Shown here: one piece after another, positions 10,330 through 22,100 of the stretch
How positions within the stretch are numbered: position 1 is the first letter of the stretch
Layout of the letters: each line of letters starts with the position of its first letter
Notes under the pieces: generated by a model
What the model was told of the DNA's origin: nothing
Seen by the model: the letters and a program-made list of their open reading frames with translations, nothing else
The model's database searches: none
Assembly: GCA_048013815.1 (NCBI GenBank)
Contig: CM106586.1
Coordinates: 21,638,001 to 21,702,000 of the forward strand
DNA: 64,000 bases
Direction of reading: 5' to 3'
DNA from: Setoptus koraiensis
Taxonomy: Eukaryota; Animalia; Arthropoda
Made by a program: the position numbers and the translations under genes

Positions 10330-12800
10330 CACTAACCCTCTTACCCACGCCGTCGCTGACTGTGGCGGTCGTCGTCTAAGAGTCTTGCCATCGTCGCAGC
10401 CTACGCCCAGTTTTAGCCCTGCTCTCCCCTCTGCGTCGATCGCGTCCACCCTATACCCGTGCCATTAACTCCCGCGGATCTCTCGGCCGTGCTACTGTCC
10501 TACAGCTTCTGCAGATCGTCTGTTCCCGCGTATCCTCGGAACGAACGTCGCACGAACCGACGCTTGCCGCCTCCTGACTACGACCCAGGCGAGCCTGCCC
10601 GAGACCTGCCTCCGGACGCCCGCTCGCAGAGGCTCGGCAGGCCGACGCCTCGCTGACCTTCGTAATCAGCTCGGGGCGCACCCGCCGCTCTATGTATAGC
10701 CGCCGCGGTGCGATCCCACCCACAGCCTGGCGACGTCTCCATGTCACGTGAATATGATGCATGCTGGTCCGTAGTCACTAACCGGGCCTCTTGAATGCAA
10801 TAGCGTTCTCTACTTTCCCACCCTGAATAGCCGCACCTAATTCGTTAACCCTGTGTACCTTCTAGCTATGCCGCTTTGGCTGCGTAGCACATCCTCGGTA
10901 TACGACCTCCACCTCTTAGTCGTCCCCCCAGTACAGACATGAACTAACCTCGTCATGGACAGCCGCACTCGGGCACTCTACCGCGCCACGCAACAGGTTT
11001 CGCGCGCCCCCCTGACGCCAAACCTCGAGCCAGTCAGAATCCGTCCATCCCCCCTTTCTCTGCGCTCCCAAGATCGCTAGCGGAACGCCACGTCATCCGC
11101 AATTATCCTCCACCCAGTGCCCGAGGCCGCTCGCGCCCTCATACTTCTACTGCTCATGATCACCCACTCCCTGTCTAGAGACAATGCCTACGCGGTTGCC
11201 GGCCGACCTCCGCTGCGTTCCCTAGACCCGTGCTCCGCGCATCACGGACGACCGGCTCCCTGACGCGGAGGGCGGTCTCGAGAACGACTCGGCCGCTCGT
11301 TCGACTCCGCGTCCCCGACCCACCCGTCCATACGTGTAATCGAGAAGCGATCTGAGCCGAACGTGCCGTGATAGCCGTGGCTCAGAGCACGACGACCACG
11401 CTCAAACTATGATCCCCCGCCCTCCGCTATCTGATCAGGCTACTCACACGCTCTGGGATGTATCGCACCGCCCACTTGACTGACAAAGCCACCGGTGCCC
11501 CGGACGCACGGACCGCGTGCTGCCGAGGGCTTCCACTGGCAGTCCGTCCCGATCATCTGTAAAATAATCACAACGGTCGCATCTGTACGGCCGTTTCCTG
11601 TGCTACTCGATAATATCATGCTCCTCATCTAGCACAGTCGCTCGTAACTTGCGAAATGTAATCGCGCGACGCGGTGTTCCGTAGTGGTCTTCGCCCAACG
11701 CTAAGGATAACACCTTGACGACCACTGACTCTGTGGAGTCGTACACCGAGAGATGTGATCTCCATGGGGCGGCCCCCGGAGTCTAAGACAGAGCCGTAGC
11801 AAACCACGGCGGCGCCCCGCCCGCTCCAGCGTCGCGACTCGTCAAATGCGCATTGAGTAGGTTTGTTGGGGCAGCGAGTTGGGTTGAACGGGCTACGAGA
11901 GACGATAAAAACCAACCCGTACGACACCTTCCACGCGGCGCTTGACCTCACCCAGAGGACAATAATACTGCTCCCCCTCGGCTGACCCGCACCTCCAGCA
12001 CACTGCCACTCAACAGGAAGCCGACGGCGTCGAGACATTGCCGTACCCGAGCGTGCCACCGACAGCGACGCGAGGCAACAGTCACGGAAAAGCGAATCCC
12101 AATTGGCATCGTTCCAGCGACGGGCGCGACACCTCGCGTACCGCCGGCTCTTCGCCACTGGAACTCCTAAACGCCTCTTACTACCACTCCTGAGACCGGT
12201 CAGGTGTGGAGCTCCTCAATCTCGACTTAATACTACTAGGCTCCACGCGCCTGTTGGAGTTATGGAAAAGCCGACGCCCCCCGACCGCGCGTCAGCCCGC
12301 ATCCTCCTTCTGCGCACTCCCCTTGGCTCCGCAAGTCCCTCTGCTATGCGTCCATAGACATACCGGACGTACTATATCTGAAAAACGCTGCGCATTCGTA
12401 CAACGGAGTAGCAACGCGCGGCCGAACGACGCTGCCTGAGCTCGGTCGAGGCGACTCTCGGGCGCCCTATCCATCGCGTGACCGCGCGACGAGCCAGTCC
12501 TTAACGCACGCGGAATACTCCACCGGCTCATCTGTACTGACAATCCGGTTCCCGGTTCAGCTCCGCGAACATTCCTGACACTTCGCTATTCGTCCCCGCC
12601 GTCCGCGCTATCCTCTCCGACCGAGTCTTCCATCGAGTCCTCCAAGCAACCAGCGCGGTTACGAGAAGCAAGACTAGTTGAGGACGTCCCGCTCACGCCG
12701 CAAGGAAGACTACGAGTCGCGCGCCGACTGACTCGCCAGCGCCCGAACGACGCCAGTCAAGCCAGCCGCGGTGCAAACGACATTCAACACGCCGCACGAT
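10330..12800 (+). mobile_element. Degenerate BEL/Pao pol remnant (RNase H-integrase)
   Basis: 'HAVADCG' 10346 (cf. HxFxDAS), 'AAYA' 10396, 'DRVHPIPVPLTPADLSAVLL' 10438 (cf. SRVAPLKxLTIPRLELxAA), 'WRRLHV' 10728 (cf. WRHV), 'HP-IIL' 11094, 'RNVIARRGVP' 11652, 'HGG...RLVKCAL' 11805-11855, 'EY(L)HRL' 12513, 'RLVEDVPLTPQGRLRVA' 12671 (cf. GRIxxVxPGxDGxVRVA). Order matches BEL/Pao. Confidence 0.55.
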
Positions 12801-14599
12801 AGCGCGCCAGCAAGCGGCTGCAACACGCTAGCCGCCGCACGCACGCTGCCCAGCCGCTAGACGCCACATATCCTCGACGCCCAGGACGGAATCTGCAGTC
12901 CACCCACAACACCAGTCAAGCCCGACGGCGTCTAACCGCTCTAAGTGAGCACTGGCAAGCACTCAGCGCCGCTCCTTCCGACCGAGCCCCAGCCCGGCCC
13001 TCCCTCTCGTGCCTCCCCCCTCGTCGGTCTCCTGTCCGACCGCCTCCGATTCACGAAGGCTAGCCCTCTGGGACCGCAGAGAAGCCCCCTTAGCCGTGGC
13101 TTAACGAAACTGCTGCTACCCGTACAAGTCCACGAAGTAGCGCCCCAGAAGCCGGCGCCGCCATTTCTCAGCTCGGCTGATTGTCCGCTCCGCTGCGTGG
13201 CCACCGCTGCCCATGTCACCAACTCCCTCGAAATTTGCTCATAGCCCATCTGTTCGCTTCGCCTAACACCCGCAACGGGCCTAGTTGCTATGCGTCCACC
13301 CATGCGAACCTAGTACGCGGGCGGCTATCTCTGCGCAGACCTCTGCACGGCCTCAAAACCCCTACCTCGCCCGTCTCGCGTGCGGCCGCCGCCCCTGCGC
13401 GCGCACACGCCGAGAGGTGGTCCGCTCGGCGAGCTCACGCGCGATCGTCCGTCTCACCGCAGAGCCCTGCGCGTGGCGCCTGCGCCGCATCCAGACCTTA
13501 ACTGAGTAAGCTCCTCGCTTCTCGACTATGCTTACAGCGACGCTCGCGCCCTCGCAGCTGCGCTACGCACGCATCTCAGGAGAGCTCCGTAGATGAGGAC
13601 CCACGAGCAGCGTAAACGATCGAGCTAAGCTTTACCGCGCGCGATACACGACAGCGTAAACGCACTCTACGTACAACAGTCCTAGGCCTGGTCCAGGACG
13701 GATGCGGGAAATACATGAAGCTCAATCGGCATCAGGTGTAAGGATAGGCGGCACACGGCCAAAGGGAGCCTTCGCTTGCCGCGAGTGCCGACGCCGGAGC
13801 CGCGAGGAGCAGCATAGCGCCGTCTCGCCACCAGCCTTCGCGCGCCGCATGCGCCACGTGCAGGTCCAGCTCTAGCTCGCGAGTCGCTTGCTCGTAGCCA
13901 ATGCGTAACGGCTCAAAAGTCCGGCGTCTCACAGGCCCGCGTGAAGTTACTAATAAGAAACCGTCACAGTAGGGAGCAGCCACACGACGTGAACGAGAGT
14001 GGAGGGAGCAAGAGCGAGATCCTAAGGGGGCTAAAAGCCGTTAGGAAAAGGAATAATAGAGAGGTTACGTGACAACGCGAGAAGATACCGTAGATGCCAG
14101 AAAGGAGCAGAAAGAGCTAGGACGTAAGGCATCAAACGAGATGAAGACATGAAGCAACACGGAGGCGCGGCGGCACGAAGGGAAGCAGAAGCGTCCAAGA
14201 ATATAGTGAAAAAGACAGCTCAGGAGAGGTAAGAAACTACGACCGATTCCGGACCTGAGCAGGCCCGACAAAGACAACGAAGGAACAAGCCGAGAGACGA
14301 AGAGTGGACGAGGGAGGCGGTACAAGGTCGCGAACCCAACGCGTAAACCGCAGGCGTTCGTGAGTCCCGCGAAGCGCGCCTCGCGCTACAGCTACACGAC
14401 CTGACAACGCCACCTAAGACAGCTCCTACCGACCGCCCGCTTCCGCAGCGCCGCGAACGCACTCCAGAACGGCTCGCCAACGGACGTGCACGTCCCCGCC
14501 TACGCGGAATCAAAGCTCGAGGATACAAATAGCCCCCCTGAAACCGCCGCAGAGCCCCGGACGCCCGAGCCCACGCACCCAAGTCACGTTAGACGCACG

Positions 14600-17500
14600 T
14601 CAGCCTACCCGTCTTCCCCACTATTCGCACCGCGACCTCCCGCTCTCCGGACGCCCCAATAAATAAAACCCTACCGCCATCTCACGCAGGAGCGGAGCTG
14701 CACGCCCACACGTGCGAGCGCAGGAAACGCGGCTGACCCTGACACCGCTCCGTCAGCTTCAACAACACCGCGCAACGCCCTAGCACGACGCGCACGGCTG
14801 CGCTAGACCGCCGAACCCCGGCTCCGTGGCCTCTCAGAATCCCGGCAGGGTGTTCGGCCGCCCGCCCGAAGGCCGTCCTTCTGCACGCCCCCTCTACGAA
14901 TCACGTCCCCCGAAGCCTCCCGACGTAGTCGCCACGACGGTACCGCCAGTTATCAGCATATACCCTACGCCTTCTCCTAGTCCAGGAAAGTCTAGTATTC
15001 CGAGGCCACGTGCACAAACCGGCCCGAGATCGGAGCCGAGGCGCCGTGGCGTTACGACTCACGTGACTCGAACGCTCGTCCGCCACGTCATCAATATGCG
15101 TGAGTCACGCGCAAGGCGGGCGCAGGGCGATTGACGCTGTCGAGTCCTCCCCACACCCGTGTGCAATGGCGTCGCATCAGCGGGCCCACCATACCGCCTC
15201 TAGCACCGAAGCTTGCCCGCGAGAACGCACACTTGAACTGAAGCGCACAATGGCTCCTAGCATGCGCACGTAACGTGCCTTTTCGTCCGCATCCTCCCTA
15301 TCCGCTAGCGATCCCTGTCGCGCAGTCGAACCGTTGCAATACCGAGAGGCGCCCTTAGACTCTCTCCCTGACTGAAAGTCTCCATCTTCTCCATGTATAT
15401 AGAATCAGAGCGGCCACCAAGAACTTCGCCCCGACCAATCAGTTAGAGGGAGGTGGGTGGGTTGAAGAACGCGCCTACGCCATGGAGATGAACGACAGCA
15501 TACCAGCGGCATTGTCGCCCCGTTGCCACGAGAAAGACGCGCACACAGACACACGTCAGACCCTACTAACTCTCACCGCGCGTTACGTCCGTGCACGCAT
15601 ACGCCCTGAAGCACCGCCGATCGAACTTGCACCGCCTCCGACAACGCACCGGCGTTCTCGATCGCGATAGTGAACCCTCAATCGACGAAACGTTTCTCCG
15701 TCAGCACACTGGGGCACACGTACAGAACCGCCACCCCCCCGTCATGTGGGCGCTTAGGCATCACCAGGCGACGCCTACGCCCCGAAATACTGCGACTATC
15801 TGCGATACTACGCTTTTCAGTATCAGGCTACCGTCCCCGAACTGATGTCTTGCTGGTATGCGGACTAGCGAACGTACCGAGACGGCCTGGCGCCGCCGCG
15901 TCGGACCTGTAGTCGAAAGAGAGGGGAATGGGCTCGCATGCGCGGCGGCACAGGTTTTCCGATACTTCCAGCTACGAGACAACGCTCAACTCCTGCTATC
16001 CTAAGGACGCCACCGCCCACAGTTAACGCAGACACCGTGCCCACTGTGGAGGATCAGCGTGGCTTCGACACGCGCGATGCTCGACTCGACTGCGTACGCT
16101 GAGAACGCGCGTGAACCCCTCGTCGAAGCCGCTCAAAGCACTCATTCGAACGAGCTGTAGTATCTAACCATGCGGCCGCTGCCTGTAGCCTAGCTCCCAA
16201 GCTCCGCGCGCATTTCAAAGCGAGCCCTTCTAGAAGGCCAATGCCGAACCCGATTTGGCCGTCTACCGCTTTGTCCTCGCCGCCCTCCTGGCCCCCTTCC
16301 TAGACCTGTCGTCGATGACTGACCGAGTTCTCCTTGTAGTCTCGTATACGAGCAGTGAAGCCGTTCTCGGCCCCTAATCACGAGCGCCGACCCGTGCGAG
16401 TACCACCTGCCACTCGTCCCGACTCCCTCCAACTCGGGCCCCTGTCCTCCCCTCGGCGCCATATCTGGATGATTACACTGGAGCATCTAGCGCCCTATAG
16501 CGGCCTTGACCCTTGTCGACCACCCCTCCTCCAACAGCCGCTACGCCTACCTGTAGCGCAACCGGATCGCCACCGACGTCGGTAATCCGCCGCCCCTGAT
16601 CCCTTTAGCTGTCCAACAAAGAACAAAACGCACCCTACTATAATTGGCCTCCGAGCTTGTACTTAACGGGACCTCATACTATCGCGCCCCTCCTTGCCTA
16701 TGCGGACACGACATATCCAAATACCAGCTTGCCCCGCTGCGGTGTTTAAGCAAGGGTAACGACCTCAGAGCGATCGCCGATCGCGGCAGGTCCCTGCATC
16801 GCTATCGCAGCTTTCCTGACATCACACCTACCTACCGATACTACAGAGCTACTTGATTCCCAGAGCGGAGACGAAAACCGACCAGGGAATTGCTCCGAGC
16901 GAAACGGGGAAAGCTCCAGTCGGCGCGCGTTCATCACCGCATAGCGTACGGAAGTGGCGGCACCGACCGACTTACCCGAGCCTATCTACGCACCCCGGTA
17001 GATCGCCAATGTCCCTACACTCCCTTTAAGCGCCTGCACGAACCGACGTACTGCACGAAGTCCAGAACACACTCTCCTGGCTACAGTAACCGTGCCTAAC
17101 GTGTGCCCGTCTGTTAAAACCATCGACACCGCTCACACGGCCGCGATCAATGGCCCTACTACGATAGCATGTTCTACGCGGCCATGGAACGCCGAGACTC
17201 CAAGTTCTCAGTGCCCCTACGTCACTCTAATTAATCATCGAGCCCTACAGCTCAGTTCGCTCCGCTAATCTAAACCGCGTGGCTCCTTCACCGGCCCTCC
17301 GCCGCTCATGCTGCGTCGGCGAAGCATGCGGCCGCTGATACCATATGCGTACTGTAGGAGGGGCTGCACGCCCTGACTGAACACGCAGACAAGGCCCACC
17401 CTGGATACAAGTGAGCGACCCGCAACGTCACCGGGACCAAGCGCCAACCACCTACGACAGCGTCGTCTCAGGAGAGAAGAAAACATAAAGAAAGCCAGGG

Positions 17501-18000
17501 AGATGAACGTTGAACCATGATCAGCAAACCGTACTATCCAGCCCGACGCTTTTGACGGTAGCGCTCGATCCGTCGAAAAACTAGTTCGTGCAGCATTAAA
17601 ATAACGGCGGGTCTGGCACTCGCCGCCACTGCCTTGCTCGGCTTAATATCAACCCGACGCGACCGCAACGAACCTTGCACCACGCGTCAGTGTCATTCTC
17701 GTAACCCCCTATATTAATCGTCCTCCCCCTTCCCCCGTCCGAACAGGACCCACATCCCTCTGAGAGGTCAGACGCTTATAAACCTTCATCCGGCCTTCGC
17801 GAAATCCGGTTAACCGCACTCAACTGTGCACACAGCGTCGTATGATGCGCCGCCCAACCTACCGCACCGGAAAAAACGATGGACGACGAGCCCGAGATCT
17901 ACGGATTAGCGAAAGACACGGAAGCAACAGTCGTCAAAAGTGGAGGGACAAGAGACTCGATGAGCGCCGCAACCCGCGCCAAGGGGATAGCCGTAGACGC
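14600..18000 (+). mobile_element. Second degenerate LINE ORF2 remnant (APE-RT-possible RNase H)
   Basis: 'LTQE' 14681, 'VISIYPTP' 14949, 'GD-x-NA'-like 15126; RT 'APFLDLSSMTDRV' 16291-16329 (cf. AVFLDLSKAFDRV), 'LGPL' 16433, 'YLDD' 16462; 'FDGS' 17551 (possible RNase H YTDGS). Confidence 0.5.
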
Positions 18001-18285
18001 TATGAAGAACTACACTTAATTTTATGAGGAAGTTGCAACATATACATCTCTGACTATTCGCTAGCTGCTCAGTCAGATTCTGGCCGATTACCGATGTTTA
18101 AGTGAAATTAGGGTTGTACTCATGCAGCGTCGCAAACAATCTAATATTAAGTCTATTATATTGATAAGTAATTGACGATCCTCCAGTTCATGTTGTCATT
18201 TGCTTATTTAGCTAGTCCAATTTCAAATCCTCCCACTCAAGTTTTTCGTCAAGTTGGTTTTGATAAGAATTTCTTTAAGGCGAAT

Positions 18286-18952
18286 ATGAGGGCAATTGAG
18301 AGTTCGATAGTAGCCATAGCTACTCTAATAGCACTTTCCAGAATAGTGGAGAGTGACTATAAGCCATTCAGGGTTGAAGAATGTTTAGGTAAGTTTACAA
18401 AATTCTAATTGTTGCTATGACAAAAAGCATCGCACCTTTATTAAATGTATTCATCATTTTTTTCCATTTCCAGATCACAAAACTAAAGCATTAGCTTTTC
18501 TGAACACAGTATACATATCAGATTGCCCTGGAGGTATGAAAGATGGAAAATGTATTTTGAAAACTGGCAGTTCCAGATCAATCACCATTGAATTCACACC
18601 CAGTAAGTTTGTTCATTTACGTTCGTAGTGATCTCAAATAGAGGCTATGCCATGAATTTTATATTTTTTGTACTGCACTTTTTTCTCAAATTCAGAGACA
18701 GAATTGAAAAGTGTTAAAGTGGCGATCCATGGAAAAAAATTCATGTTAGCGATACCTTTCAACCTAAAACCTGACGAGGCCTGTGGCAACTACGGGCTGA
18801 ACTGTCCTTTGGAACCAAATGTGCCGGTAAAATTTACGCTATCATTACCCATTCTGCAAGAATATCCGAAAATTTACGTAAAAGTTCAGATAAAATTGTC
18901 TAGCAGAGGCAAACAAGTTTCATGCATTCAATTTGATGCTGAGATTCAATAG
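18286..18952 (+). CDS. NPC2: NPC2/MD-2-related lipid-recognition (ML) domain protein, mite group-2-allergen-like, 162 aa, 3 exons
   Basis: Exons 18286-18388, 18474-18602 and 18696-18952 join in frame through GT-AG introns. N-terminal signal peptide, six Cys, and 'ACGNYGLNCPL...LPILQEYPKI' ML-domain pattern. Confidence 0.88.
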
Positions 18953-19114
18953 GAATATAGCTGGGATAAGAAAGACAAAAAAGATAACAAAGACTTTACT
19001 GAAATTCTGTTTCTTTATTTCATTAGTAAACTTATCAAATTAATCAATAAAAGTTCGATTCAACTCTTGTTTAGTAACTCGTTCCTTGTTAACTACATTA
19101 ACAGATTATACAGA

Positions 19115-22100
19115 TTATAAAGCTGTGTCTCCGGGCTGGTATTGATAGTCGTTCCAAACTGACGGAGTTAGGGGCTCTCTATCTACCCCACTCTTAGGGG
19201 GTCGTTTTCTAGCGAAGAAACCAAGCTATAATCAGGAAAGTTTGTGAGTAATAATTTCTAGTTAGAATACAGGTAGAATATCAAACATTAAATTTAGCAT
19301 CGCTTAATCAGTTACTTACCCATCTAAGAAATAGTGCCAGAAGGATGAATAATAAAATACCTGCCAGAATAGAAACAAAAATTACCCAAGATGGGACGAG
19401 ATCTTGAACTCCGAGGCCAGTTGTGTGGATTTGCGTCACAACTGAATAAGTGTAAGGAGGATAAGTTAATGAGCTCACATTGTAGGGTAAAGATTTCACT
19501 TGCGCAACTAGTTTTGAGGATATATCAAACTCCTCCATTGATATATAATTCAGGGTATCTTCATAGAGACGCGATCTTATTTTGATGTGCACAATCTCAT
19601 TGTTCCCCAGATTGAAAACATTACACTCAAATCTTGTGCATTCTGTTGGACCACATGAAAGTAGATTTAGGTTTTGTAGAATTGAATTATCTACAGTTGT
19701 CGTTGTTTGCCTTCTATCTCTTCTGGGAGGGCTTGGAGGGGGCAAATAATTAGAATTGATGAAATTTCCGCGTTGATACTTGAGATTTGACGGGTTTATA
19801 GCATTGTTAGGAGCCGGTTTACACTTTACTTTTTCGCTCGTTAGAGGTTCATCTACCAGGTACAAAAGATAGCGACCATCTTTATTCATTGTAGGCCATA
19901 GAATTGTTAGAGCTATATCGTTTATAGTGCTAGGGCCACGATTTTGAAGCTGATAGATATGATACACTTCCGGGCCTATGTCTGTCTCAACATCCTTATT
20001 GGGGTTGATGTTTTTTGTTGAGTTGTGAACAACAAGCGCTGGCGCCGAGTTACCACTTAATGTGAGATCTACATGAACACGAATAGGGATGCCAATAGCG
20101 ACCTGATTGTCCTCAATATTTCGTTCAGATTCAGCATTAGTACTATTAACATTAGCTACGAATGTGAAGTCAGGTGCCGAAAATACTCCACGGGCGGGCT
20201 CAGTGAGAATTGAAAACTTAATAGCCTCGCCGGCCACTTGGGGGTTACCTAGTTCGCAGGTGAGTATATTCACCCCGGTTTGATCTGGACGGGAGCCATA
20301 ACAGATGGGGTATGCTTGATCTGGCCTCGTTTTGTTGATTGTGATATAGTTGATAGTGTGAGGCATATTTAAGTAAAACATTGATTCGAAGGCATCCTCT
20401 CCATAATTCTTTACATTCACATCGAGAATCAATCGCTCGGCACTTCCTATTGTATATTGATCAAGATTGGGGTTTATGCTCAGCTTCAAATCTGGAACAC
20501 ATATATTATCCGGTCCACAGTTTTTTTGAATTGTTGCCACTTTTGTCAACTTATTGGGCACAACCTTATTCAGAACTGGTCTCAGCTTTGTTTCATCCAT
20601 ATATGTGCGGGGTTCTACTAGATTGTATTCGACATCGATTTGAAGAGGGGTCAGCTTGTCGCGAACATTTCGCATCAAGTAGGCCTTGAATGCCTTGCAT
20701 GTGTTAGAATCTTTCGTAAGCATTTGAGTATATTTGTCCTCATTAACACCCTCGTTGTTCAAGAAAAACAATCGTGGAGTTTCTTTGGTGGCAGAATCTA
20801 ATTTAGTTTTGAATGAGAATTCTAACCTTTGGTCTGTACCATAGCCGTTATACTTGACGCAATACTGTACATTTATGCAAGAAACAGGTGTGCTGTTACT
20901 ATTCAAGATGCACCTTTTATCATCCAGATTGAAGTTTTCCGGCTCAAATCTGAACGATGTTGTCACATTCACAATTGGTCTGGCCTTGAAAAAGAAAACC
21001 CTATCGGAATTGTAATCACCTACAAGTAAATCAGGATAATTGTTGTTATCAAGGTCTAGACCTCCTGACAGAGAGAATCCGAATGCTGCCAGACCTGTTT
21101 CGCCTTTGATGTCCTCCGCGTAAATAACTTGATCGTATTCAGATTTGAGTCCTGATCTACTACCGTAGAAAATGTAGATGGCGCCATGATTGTTTGGACC
21201 GTCATAGGGAGCGCCAACAGCTATATCTTGATATCCATCTTTGTTGAGGTCGCCACAATTAGCTATTGCACTGCCAAATCTGGCCTTGTTCTTGTGTCCA
21301 TCAATGGATCCTTTGATGGTCAATTCGTGTCTCATGCTTTGAGTAGCTATGTAGATCCTCCCTCTTTCGTAGTGAGGCTCTTTATGCGATATGTTATAAA
21401 AGAGAGGAGCACCGATAACCAAGTCATCAAGTCCATCACCATTAACATCAGCAGTTATCACAGTGTATCCAAAGTATGCACCCATCTGTTCTCCTGTAAT
21501 ATTTTGTGATACATTCATTTTAGAATTTGCAATGATCACCTTTCCTAGCAGATTTGCTCCGCGTGGCATGCCTATGGCAACATCATATTCTTGACTAGAG
21601 GAAAAGTGTCCGAGAGTCATTGAATAGCCCAGGTAAGAATCGTCCTCTGATTCTGGGCCGGGGGAATTCGTGGATATTCTTTTATCATTGACTAAATTAT
21701 GACTGTATACTTGTCCTTGCCAAACATGAGCACCCGGAGCGCCAATCATTAGGCGTTGGCCATCCTGGAAGTTTGAATTTGTTTGTTTAGTTGTTCAATG
21801 AATTGTTTACATTATTTATTTCTATTTCATCATATGCAAATAGCATTATTTTGAAGCTAACTAACCTTAGTTATAGCTGACGAGAATCCGGCTTGGCAAT
21901 ATCCTAATCTTTCGTGTCCATATTGGTCTACGAAAAATTGATAGAGAGTTGTGTTAGCGGCAACTACATACTATCGTATCAGTTATGGTGCGATGTGTAA
22001 ACATAGCAAAGAGACCTACCTACTTGTCGACATGGAGAGTATTCAAGAAAACCTGTAAAAGAACCTCTTGAAACCCAGCACGTTCCAACTGGATTCTTTC

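Larger units (their letters stand above)
3690..18030 (+). mobile_element. ~14.3 kb GC-rich block of degenerate retroelement-derived sequence (boundaries approximate)
   Basis: GC about 60% (hand count 108/180 at 9601-9780) versus about 37% in the flank (67/180 at 1801-1980). Longest ORF is 260 aa. Scattered LINE, gypsy and BEL pol motif remnants on the + strand. Confidence 0.7.

Noticed and set aside
4090-18027. Dozens of 60-260 aa Arg/Pro/Ala-rich ORFs in the GC block as real genes
   Set aside because: Expected by chance at ~60% GC; they overlap in all frames, lack splice or domain coherence, and at best carry fragments of TE motifs.
3690-18030. Idea that the GC block is a reversed or complement-only copy of normal DNA, which would also invert TpA/ApT ratios
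   Set aside because: Complement-only translations I tried (9601-9780, 16921-17240) gave nothing recognisable, whereas ordinary + strand reading yields ordered retroelement motifs. Only small samples were tested.
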